A stretch of DNA of 64,000 nucleotides. Origin: a virus. The position numbers and the translations under genes were made by a program. Where the stretch lies: positions 1 to 64,000 of IMG/VR virus record IMGVR_UViG_3300035698_022898, one strand, 5' to 3'. Below are positions 49,418 through 56,908 of this stretch, one piece after another (position 1 is the first letter of the stretch; each line of letters starts with the position of its first letter). The notes under the pieces were generated by a model that had not been told where the DNA came from, ran no database searches, and saw only the letters and a program-made list of their open reading frames with translations.

Positions 49418-49901
49418 TGGCTTTCCTCCTTTCTTCTATTTTTTGTAATCGGGGGTTGTTACCTAAACCAGCAGAAGTTTCTTGTTGTTCCTCAACCTCC
49501 TTTTTAGAGAAATGAGAATCGGCATAGTAAGCCGCAAAATATAATCGTTGTAGGCTTTCCAGAGCAACCTTTCTGTCCTGTAAAGCAAACACTCTACCGC
49601 GTAACATGTTGGCGTGTTTGTTGGCATAAATCAATTTTAATTGCATTGCTTGAAGCTCAGGATCTCTTATTATGGCTTTAGGAATGGCAGTTTCTGCAGG
49701 CTTATATTGGAAATCATAGACCTCAGGGTTTTCCCTAATGTCTTTGTCCAACAAAGCTTCCCTGTTTCGTATGTCGTTGGCGATTAAATCCCGTGTTTCC
49801 ATCGCTTCGGCTAACTCGTCCTGGTACGCTTCAACTAACTCTGGTTGAAGTTCCCACTCTGTATCTAACGACCATTTATCTATGACGGGTAGTTTTTCCA
49901 T
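49407..49901 (-). CDS. UvsY-like recombination mediator
   Basis: LD.EW..QP, helical, AL..RK.ALE.L..L....YY; upstream of SSB/RecA. Confidence 0.6.
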   Translation of the reverse strand: MEKLPVIDKWSLDTEWELQPELVEAYQDELAEAMETRDLIANDIRNREALLDKDIRENPEVYDFQYKPAETAIPKAIIRDPELQAMQLKLIYANKHANMLRGRVFALQDRKVALESLQRLYFAAYYADSHFSKKEVEEQQETSAGLGNNPRLQKIEERRKANGD

Positions 49902-49907
49902 AGCTTC

Positions 49908-49935
49908 ATTTTAACTTATCGCGTTTAAAAAGCAA
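49908..49935 (-). promoter_or_regulatory. sigma70-type promoter, probably leaderless transcript
   Basis: TTGCTT-N16-TAAAAT, ATG 6 nt downstream, no SD. Confidence 0.5.
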
Positions 49936-49951
49936 GATATATTTTGCGGGG

Positions 49952-50893
49952 TTATGCTTTGCAGCACATATAGATTTGGGCTGTGAGCCCCGGCATCCCC
50001 GAGTACATGACCGACTCCGAAAGTACAACCAACATCCTGGCTATCGAATCATCCCCGTTGGCTTTTCCTACCAACACTTTACTCAAGTATGTGAGTAAAG
50101 CATAACGGGATTTTTCTGCATCTTCTTCCAAAATCTTCAACACAGGAATTATGCGTGTCCACTTGCTGGCAAAGTCACCTTTGTCTGCAAGCACCCTGCA
50201 TACTTCGATAATAGATGCTTCATCGGGAGAAAAAGATTCAATGGCAGCCAGAGCCCCCGCGTCACTTGGAATATCTATTATTTGATCTAAAATCTTAATT
50301 CCTGCTCTCGGAGAACCTTCCGCTACTTTGACAATAGCTTGTATGATGTTATCCGGAAAATTTACTCCCTCTTCTTTACAAATGGAGTTCAAAAGCCTGG
50401 TCATTTGTGACCGTTGCAGACTGGACACTTTGAAAGTAGAACACCTGTTTCGGATTGTTCCCAGAAGTTTTTGAGGATCCGTAGTACAAAGAATGAAGTA
50501 TACATGATCAGGAGGATACTCCAATATACGAAGTAGAGCATTCTGAGCCTCGTTGGTCAGCTTATGACACTCGTCCAAGAGATATACTTTCGTAGGACCA
50601 GCCATGGGTCTGTATGACGCTTTGGCAGTCAAGTCCCTGATGGTGTCAATGCCCCTCAAATTGGAAGTATTCAAATACATGAAGTCCGTATCCGCACACT
50701 TGAGGTATTGTTGCAGGATGAATCCTAGGGTAGTCTTCCCACAACCTGATGGTCCGTGAAATAGAAACGCATGGGGAAGACCTGTTTCCCTTGCAACGAT
50801 AGTTCCTAAGCTTTCCAGGATGCTTTCATTCCCCATCATTTCAGCGAAGTTTCTGGGGCGATATTTTTCGGGGAGGTTCCTAGTTGCGTCCAT
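49952..50893 (-). CDS. dnaX: clamp loader, DNA polymerase III gamma/tau-like AAA+
   Basis: KYRP..F, HAFLFHGPSGCGKTT, KVYLLDECH.LT.EAQNALL, FILCTT.P.KL..TI.NRC, GSPR. Confidence 0.92.
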   Translation of the reverse strand: MDATRNLPEKYRPRNFAEMMGNESILESLGTIVARETGLPHAFLFHGPSGCGKTTLGFILQQYLKCADTDFMYLNTSNLRGIDTIRDLTAKASYRPMAGPTKVYLLDECHKLTNEAQNALLRILEYPPDHVYFILCTTDPQKLLGTIRNRCSTFKVSSLQRSQMTRLLNSICKEEGVNFPDNIIQAIVKVAEGSPRAGIKILDQIIDIPSDAGALAAIESFSPDEASIIEVCRVLADKGDFASKWTRIIPVLKILEEDAEKSRYALLTYLSKVLVGKANGDDSIARMLVVLSESVMYSGMPGLTAQIYMCCKA

Positions 50894-51056
50894 GTTTTTT
50901 AACTCCTTTCCACATTAAGAAATGCTTATTGAATTCCCTACCATCCCCGTGCCAGAAAAAGGAGAAGATTCTATTTCCCCCTACTCGGAGGATCATATCT
51001 TCTCTCATTATGCCCGTTTTTCCGTTACCGGAATTACCTGCTAGGTATAAATTCAC
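50880..51056 (-). CDS. DpdA N-terminal-like module D (58 aa, not in ORF track)
   Basis: GTG start; MNLYLAGNSGNGKTGIMREDMILRVGGNRIFSFFWHGDG...; overlaps both neighbours; paralog of three other small ORFs. Confidence 0.7.
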   Translation of the reverse strand: MNLYLAGNSGNGKTGIMREDMILRVGGNRIFSFFWHGDGREFNKHFLMWKGVKKHGRN

Positions 51057-51249
51057 GTTTTATACACTCTTCAGTGTTGATTTTAAGATCGTGGATCTTT
51101 TGTTCGAAGTCTCTAAACTTCCTATCCAATTCCATAAGATGCACATCCACATCTATTTCATGAATAGGGTTTTGAACTAGAGCAGCAAGGTCTGCCGCAT
51201 CCTCGGTCACACTTTCCGTCCACGCTAGGAATACTTCTTTCCGTGTCAT
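51034..51249 (-). CDS. hypothetical protein
   Basis: GGAG RBS directly after the polymerase. Confidence 0.6.
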   Translation of the reverse strand: MTRKEVFLAWTESVTEDAADLAALVQNPIHEIDVDVHLMELDRKFRDFEQKIHDLKINTEECIKREFIPSR

Positions 51250-51257
51250 AGGTTCTC

Positions 51258-53939
51258 CTAATGAACTAGGTTGTACTCAACACCCTTCTTGTCTTTCCAG
51301 GTGTTGTCAGTAAAGGTGACTTCCGTCTTGTCGAACCAACTCCCGTCAATGGGGGTGAACTCTGTTTCAATGTCAAGTGGAACGATAATCCAGGGGTGTT
51401 CCTCTCTGATGTATTCACAAGAGATAGTTCGTATGGTAGACACCACTTTGTTTTGTTCTTCGGGAACAGTATCCGTGAGCATACAGTCATGTATCTGCCC
51501 TATAAGGTCAGAATCCCACCCAGCAGCCTTAGCTTCCTCGTTAACCTCATTTGCTGACCAAAGCAGACAGTGAAAAGCAGTCCCCTGAATCTTTGTATTG
51601 ATAATCTCGTTTTTCGATAGGTATCCAGAGCGTCTATGTCCAAAGAACATTTCCACATACCCATCGCGAACAAAATCTTTGATGGATTTTTCTTGCCACT
51701 TCTTGGTAGCTGCAAGGCGTGTCCAGAAATCATCTTCAACATCTTTCATGTGTTTTTCAAAATCTTGGAATACATGAATGCCTATATCATGGAAGTGTTC
51801 TTGTATGGGTATACCGTCTTCGGTCTTCATATTGGTAACCCAACAGGCATCCCAAATAGTTCTGGCACATGCTTTATACCATGAACCGTAAACCATGGGA
51901 AAGACTTGTCCGTTTTTAGCATGGAAACGTAACATCTTAGCAACTTGATCTTGGCGCAACTGAAAAATCTTCATTGCTTGGTCCCTGTGCATATCTGTAG
52001 TTGGGTCTTGAATATAATTTACTAACACAGGGTCCTGAGTATAACATGCTAAAATACGAATTTCAATCGCGCCGTAATCGTTTTCAGCCAAACGTCTTCC
52101 GGGTGAAGCTTTTACACCGCTCCTACAAGCTCTACGTGCCGCTTCATCTCTTACAGGAACATTATGAAAATTAGGTTTACTACTAGAACTACGATATGTT
52201 CGAGCAGTATGTAGATCGAAGAAGGGGTGGATTTTTTCATCGTCGTCAATTTCCCTGAGGAATTGAGCCATATAAGTATCACATATCTTTTCTAACTTCC
52301 TCAAGCGCATGAGGCGTTTAATGAATGGATTATCCATCCCTACAAGCACTTCCTCATCTACGGAAGCAAGCCCGGACTCTGTTTTCTTTTCAGGAACCAT
52401 CCCCATGAGGTCAAACAATAAGTACCTAAGATCTTTATCCGATCCTATTTTAATGCGACGACCGGTATTCTTTATAAAAATCTCTGCTTCGAGAGAATCT
52501 TGTAGTCGGATAGTTATTCTATTTATCTGTTCTCGTAGGCGTTTTTCTTCCTCAAGATAGTATTGTCTATCCATGGGGATGCCTTTCCGTTGCATCTCAC
52601 CACATACAACTAATCCTTGTTGCCAGAAACGACGAGCCCGAAGCAACCCGTTCTTTCCCTTTAATTCTGCACGTTGTTCCAAGTACAGTCTCTTAGTGAG
52701 CAGAGAATCTATTCCGTTGTATTTTAAAACATGGGGGAGTGGCACTTCCTCCATACGATTAAAGAATTCTCCAGGAGCCGATTTTTTGTAAGGGTCTATG
52801 TCTTTATCATATTCTTCTACACCCCATCGAACATAAGCTTGAAATTTTAATCCCGATACTTTCTTTCTATCATCAAGTAGGTGAGCCGTGTTCATGGAAC
52901 ACCAACTTAAATTCTGAACCTCAACACCGTGTATTTCTCTATCCCACTCCCCCTCAAATTTAGAGTTATGAGCAATTTTTAGTATTTCTTTATGCTCTAA
53001 GATCCGTTTCCACATGTCCGTGATGCCCTTGAGTTGATTGGAGTCCCAATAAGACTTCCACATCATAGGCCAAGCATAAGCAAGATCATCGTATCCTAAA
53101 GAAGTGGTCAGTATTTTGCAACCGCGTCTGTACGGTTTCAAGGCGTTGGTTTCTATGTCATAAGAAATAGGAGGCTTTTGATCTAATACATTCTTAAACA
53201 TTCCGATAACATCTTCATACTTATATAAACAATGTACAGTGGTTTCTATGTCCACAGGAGCTGGCATTTTCCTTTTGAGGCATTGTACAGCAAACTCTAA
53301 ATCCTTACGAAAGACAGATAAGGTAACATCACTTCGGTCCTTTCTATCCCGATAAGCATAAGAAGGGTGAAATAAAGGTATAATGAGTGCGTTTAAGAAA
53401 TGATCTGGAATACAGAACTTGCGAAACCGAGAAGCTGTGATTTGAGAGAACCTACCCATAAACATCGACTCCATAGGTGCTTTACCCAGAAGCCATATAT
53501 GAGTAGGTTTAAGGTCTCTAATAGCCTTCATCACATAAGGCTTGCAACATTTTAATTCTGTTTTGTTCGGGGGTCTGTTGGCAGGGGGGCGACAATTTGC
53601 GGCATTGATTACATGTGCGTCTCTAAATACATTTATTCCAAAGGATTTAAGTTCATCTCGAAACCAGTTACCTATAGATCCTTGTAGCGGCATCCCGTTA
53701 TTATCTCCTACTTCATCCGGAGCCTCAAGAATAATCAACAGTCGTTTCTCCCCTTTGCCCATCCAAGGCATTCTAGGAGTCACACAACCTTTGTCTAGCC
53801 CGCAAGACTCACACATAGGTGGGCCGGGGTTCATATAAGTGTAAGGATTTGGAAGAGATGTTCCAAAAGGGGTAGCATTCTTGGATAAACTGACACAAGT
53901 ATTGCCGGGCATATCTTTAATAGAGAAAAATCCGTTCAT
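51258..53939 (-). CDS. family A DNA polymerase with N-terminal family-4 UDG-like domain and 3'-5' exonuclease
   Basis: CxxCx5C, EAP, N...CRPP.NRPP, HPS; YDIET, HN.KF, YN.ID; motif A DYGAIEIRILA, motif B R..AK...F...YG, motif C QIHD. Confidence 0.95.
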   Translation of the reverse strand: MNGFFSIKDMPGNTCVSLSKNATPFGTSLPNPYTYMNPGPPMCESCGLDKGCVTPRMPWMGKGEKRLLIILEAPDEVGDNNGMPLQGSIGNWFRDELKSFGINVFRDAHVINAANCRPPANRPPNKTELKCCKPYVMKAIRDLKPTHIWLLGKAPMESMFMGRFSQITASRFRKFCIPDHFLNALIIPLFHPSYAYRDRKDRSDVTLSVFRKDLEFAVQCLKRKMPAPVDIETTVHCLYKYEDVIGMFKNVLDQKPPISYDIETNALKPYRRGCKILTTSLGYDDLAYAWPMMWKSYWDSNQLKGITDMWKRILEHKEILKIAHNSKFEGEWDREIHGVEVQNLSWCSMNTAHLLDDRKKVSGLKFQAYVRWGVEEYDKDIDPYKKSAPGEFFNRMEEVPLPHVLKYNGIDSLLTKRLYLEQRAELKGKNGLLRARRFWQQGLVVCGEMQRKGIPMDRQYYLEEEKRLREQINRITIRLQDSLEAEIFIKNTGRRIKIGSDKDLRYLLFDLMGMVPEKKTESGLASVDEEVLVGMDNPFIKRLMRLRKLEKICDTYMAQFLREIDDDEKIHPFFDLHTARTYRSSSSKPNFHNVPVRDEAARRACRSGVKASPGRRLAENDYGAIEIRILACYTQDPVLVNYIQDPTTDMHRDQAMKIFQLRQDQVAKMLRFHAKNGQVFPMVYGSWYKACARTIWDACWVTNMKTEDGIPIQEHFHDIGIHVFQDFEKHMKDVEDDFWTRLAATKKWQEKSIKDFVRDGYVEMFFGHRRSGYLSKNEIINTKIQGTAFHCLLWSANEVNEEAKAAGWDSDLIGQIHDCMLTDTVPEEQNKVVSTIRTISCEYIREEHPWIIVPLDIETEFTPIDGSWFDKTEVTFTDNTWKDKKGVEYNLVH

Positions 53940-54130
53940 CGCACCCTCTCTGCAAAATCTTTAAATTGGGAACTATCTACATCCAAACCCTTGTAATATT
54001 GAAGGGTCACTACTGTCTTTTGAGTGTAGAAAAAGGTGACGAGTCGATTTGTCATATCCCCCCTTTCCAAGAGTTCTACTTCACGTTGTTTTTGAGCCCC
54101 GCCTGGAACACCTGCAAAATATATAATCAT
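53936..54130 (-). CDS. DpdA N-terminal-like module C (64 aa)
   Basis: MIIYFAG...NRLVTFFY; ATGA-coupled to the polymerase. Confidence 0.72.
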   Translation of the reverse strand: MIIYFAGVPGGAQKQREVELLERGDMTNRLVTFFYTQKTVVTLQYYKGLDVDSSQFKDFAERVR

Positions 54131-54138
54131 AATATCGG

Positions 54139-54330
54139 GTTGTTGCCCTTATTTTAAATTGGAATAGACCCTTGGCTACCCCCGGAGTCTAGGCCTCTCT
54201 GTGTGCGAATTTGCGGGTGAGAGCCTCTCAGAGCGTGCAGGGCAACAACACTGCAGTCCCTCTGAGCATGATTGTTGCCCGCTTCAACGATTGCGAATAT
54301 GACTGCGGGATGGCAAGATTATGACTTGCC
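54139..54330 (-). ncRNA. candidate structured cis-regulatory RNA
   Basis: GC-rich non-coding gap with consecutive hairpins and mutually exclusive 9-11 nt pairings. Confidence 0.4.
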
Positions 54331-55350
54331 GCTATTACTCACGGGCAGGGATATCAGGTGCTTGAAAGTACCTGAGGTAAACAACGCTGCCCCTTCCGCG
54401 ATTGTGAGTATGGTTGCTTTCTCCAGAATCTGAGAAAGAAAACTCGGGTTGATGACAAAGCGAACCGGATCTCTTTTGAACTCGAAGTCCAGTTGCTTTT
54501 CGATCCAGCCCACTTCCTTCTCTGCGCGACAGGAGATTACCTTTCCAGTCACGTTGACGTCCACTCTCTTATCGAGAGAAACTTCACCCTCTGTCATAAA
54601 AGAGATGGAGTCAATAAGGTCTTTGAGTTCCCCAGGAAGTTTGAGTTTCGTCCCCTCCACGTCCAAAAATTTGGAAAGATCGGGGAAGTCGCCGACCAGG
54701 ATGCGGGAACTGAAAACCACACCTTCTTCCGTTGTGAAGTGGATCCAGTTGTCGGTCATGGCATACTTGACGACGTTGAATTTGACAAGCTCAGCGACGG
54801 AACGTGCGGGGATAAGCACTTGCATACCCGTGTCGCTTTCCAGCTGGTAGATGCTGATTCTCGTTTCATCTGACGACATCAAACGAGGGCCGTCAACGTA
54901 AACGCAAGTCAAAACGCCTTGCGTCATGTCCGAAGCAGCGGCAAACATTGTGAGAAACATTCCCTGGATGAAATCGGGGGGAACAGGTTTCCACATTTCC
55001 GTAAGCCTGGGCAGATCGAGAACAGCAATCAGTTTTTCCGCTTCCTGTTCCACAGTAGTTGAAAGGCCGGCTTTGGTCTTTCCCGAGTTGACATTCAACT
55101 GACCGTCTTCAAAAGAAATGTCTATCTCTTCTTCCTGGATGCCGGCAAGCATCTTGTGAAGGTCATCGGCCTTAACCGAACAAGCGAAGTCTGTCTCAAA
55201 AGGGTGACAGATACAGAGTGTGTCGTTGTAGGTCACAACCTCACCACCTGTGAAGATGAAGTGAGTAAACTGTTCAACGATTGCTTTCTTCGCCAAACCA
55301 GGTTTGACTTTAGTAAGAACAGTGATTGCGGTGTTTCGATTAAGCTTCAC
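54319..55350 (-). CDS. dnaN: DNA polymerase III beta sliding clamp
   Basis: LTCVY...MSSDETRI, VLIPA.SV.EL, FSSRILVGDFPD, INPSFL; three-domain length; GGAGG RBS before GTG. Confidence 0.88.
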   Translation of the reverse strand: MKLNRNTAITVLTKVKPGLAKKAIVEQFTHFIFTGGEVVTYNDTLCICHPFETDFACSVKADDLHKMLAGIQEEEIDISFEDGQLNVNSGKTKAGLSTTVEQEAEKLIAVLDLPRLTEMWKPVPPDFIQGMFLTMFAAASDMTQGVLTCVYVDGPRLMSSDETRISIYQLESDTGMQVLIPARSVAELVKFNVVKYAMTDNWIHFTTEEGVVFSSRILVGDFPDLSKFLDVEGTKLKLPGELKDLIDSISFMTEGEVSLDKRVDVNVTGKVISCRAEKEVGWIEKQLDFEFKRDPVRFVINPSFLSQILEKATILTIAEGAALFTSGTFKHLISLPVSNSGKS

Positions 55351-55374
55351 GGAAACCTCCTGTAATTTCAATAA

Positions 55375-55403
55375 GAAATAGCACAATTAAAAATGGTATG
55401 CAA
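55375..55403 (-). promoter_or_regulatory. sigma70-type promoter for the clamp gene
   Basis: TTGCAT-N17-TATTTC with TGn extension. Confidence 0.5.
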
Positions 55404-55435
55404 GCATTACCACTACCCCAATTTAATTTTCTCCA

Positions 55436-55813
55436 TTAGTGTGTTATTTCAGAATAAATCCTTTCTTTTTTACCTTTTAAGTAAGCAACAAAACCAATGG
55501 CGTCCTCTACAGCATCGAACAAAGTGTTTTCTGAAAAAGATAAATTTCCTGTTTCTAATTTTTTCCAGTAATATTTTTTATCGCTTCCTTTAACAATGAT
55601 AAACCCTTTAGGTAAATCCTTTATAGTATACATTTGTTTTTGAGTATGAACTTTTTTAATCGACTTCTTTTTAACACTTTGAGTTTTGGATAAAACACCT
55701 TCATTGAAACTGTTGATAGCCAAAGAAAAATTTGGTTGTGAACCTATAAATCCTCCCAATGCAACCGAAAGAAGTATAATACCAAGTAAAGTAAACGCTT
55801 TCGGTGTGTCCAT
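55436..55813 (-). CDS. membrane-anchored hypothetical protein
   Basis: N-terminal hydrophobic segment; AT-rich. Confidence 0.6.
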   Translation of the reverse strand: MDTPKAFTLLGIILLSVALGGFIGSQPNFSLAINSFNEGVLSKTQSVKKKSIKKVHTQKQMYTIKDLPKGFIIVKGSDKKYYWKKLETGNLSFSENTLFDAVEDAIGFVAYLKGKKERIYSEITH

Positions 55814-55824
55814 AAGACCCCCTT

Positions 55825-56016
55825 TTATAGGTTATTCATATCCTCAGGTAGTACAGAGTTGGTTATATTTTGCCAACTACGCCTACGGAACTTAAATCCT
55901 GCTAGGAATAAATCATAAAAAGAAAATATAACCGTGGGTTTAACTCCAGCCTTTTCACAAGCACCCTCTACACAATCCCACAAATCGTCTCCTGCCCCTG
56001 CTAAATAGATATGCAT
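55825..56016 (-). CDS. DpdA N-terminal-like module B (63 aa)
   Basis: MHIYLAG...VIFSFYD; GGAG RBS. Confidence 0.72.
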   Translation of the reverse strand: MHIYLAGAGDDLWDCVEGACEKAGVKPTVIFSFYDLFLAGFKFRRRSWQNITNSVLPEDMNNL

Positions 56017-56024
56017 AATTCTCC

Positions 56025-56060
56025 AAATTAAAAGGGGAGGGGGTGTTGCCCGCCTCCCCT
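56025..56060 (-). terminator. rho-independent terminator
   Basis: AGGGGAGG/CCTCCCCT stem followed by TTTAATTT on the minus strand. Confidence 0.65.
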
Positions 56061-56082
56061 GTAGATAGGGTCAGAGCCCTCC

Positions 56083-56361
56083 TTACCCTACATGAAACAA
56101 GTGCCAAATATCGAAGTTTGCTCTGTTTTCCCAGGAGCCTAAGTAGACCCCCTTTTTGGGTAATTTATGTCCAGTTCCTACAGCTTCAAACGTGTGTGTG
56201 ATTTTGACGGCATCCGTATCCACCTCTATCCACATGCAGGCTTGATCGTCTTGTGTATCTACTCGTATAATTCTTTCCCAAATGCATTTGCCACTTGCGG
56301 GCGGTATTTCTAAGGCAAATTTACCACTACTCGGGATTAGGTACTTCCAAATCGTTTTCAT
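56083..56361 (-). CDS. conserved phage hypothetical protein (DUF7352-like)
   Basis: MKTIWKY...W..VD...F...GTGH......YLG......WHLF. Confidence 0.65.
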   Translation of the reverse strand: MKTIWKYLIPSSGKFALEIPPASGKCIWERIIRVDTQDDQACMWIEVDTDAVKITHTFEAVGTGHKLPKKGVYLGSWENRANFDIWHLFHVG

Positions 56362-56524
56362 CTTCCACTCCCAGAGCCCGGAACACCGTTTCGCAATCCC
56401 CTTTATAGTAGAATGCCAACAGTCTGGCATAATGAGGACTCCGTTGAAGAACTAGATCACGCATACCTCGTTCCAAATCCGGGCTCTTCATTTGGGGAAA
56501 GTTCCCTGCGTGAAATATGATCAT
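56327..56524 (-). CDS. DpdA N-terminal-like module A (65 aa)
   Basis: MIIFHAG...RLLAFYY. Confidence 0.7.
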   Translation of the reverse strand: MIIFHAGNFPQMKSPDLERGMRDLVLQRSPHYARLLAFYYKGDCETVFRALGVEDENDLEVPNPE

Positions 56525-56530
56525 GTACTC

Positions 56531-56908
56531 TTACCCTTTGTTAGCAGGGTTGAGGTGTTTGGGGATAATGAGTCCTGTGGGAGGAGCAGCTACTTTGGAG
56601 GGGCCTTGAATATGGGCCTCCTTAGCCCTGGCTACGGACTCTTCCCACTCAATCATTTTCCGAACAAGGATGGAATTGGCCTTGTAAGTGATTACAATTT
56701 TGTCCTTGGAAACAGCTTTGCAGCTTTTGAAATCCGAGAATATCAACCAGTCTTCAATTTGAAGACCTTTCATCATAGGTTGTTCGGGGTTGGTGTGGAC
56801 AATTATACTCCTGGGATTATGCCACAAATCATCACCAGGGACTTTGTAATAGGCTATAAGTTGCCCGGAGACGAGTTCTGCCACATGTAATTCTTTTTCC
56901 TTAACCAT
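56531..56908 (-). CDS. hypothetical protein (Sm-like pattern)
   Basis: LVSGQLIA...NPR.I...W..F.......V.KDKIV; GGAGG RBS. Confidence 0.55.
   Translation of the reverse strand: MVKEKELHVAELVSGQLIAYYKVPGDDLWHNPRSIIVHTNPEQPMMKGLQIEDWLIFSDFKSCKAVSKDKIVITYKANSILVRKMIEWEESVARAKEAHIQGPSKVAAPPTGLIIPKHLNPANKG

Noticed and set aside
54139-54330. tRNA, hammerhead or preQ1 riboswitch identity for the structured gap
   Set aside because: No T-loop/CCA cloverleaf, no CUGANGA...GAAA core and no recognisable preQ1 consensus; kept only as an unassigned structured RNA
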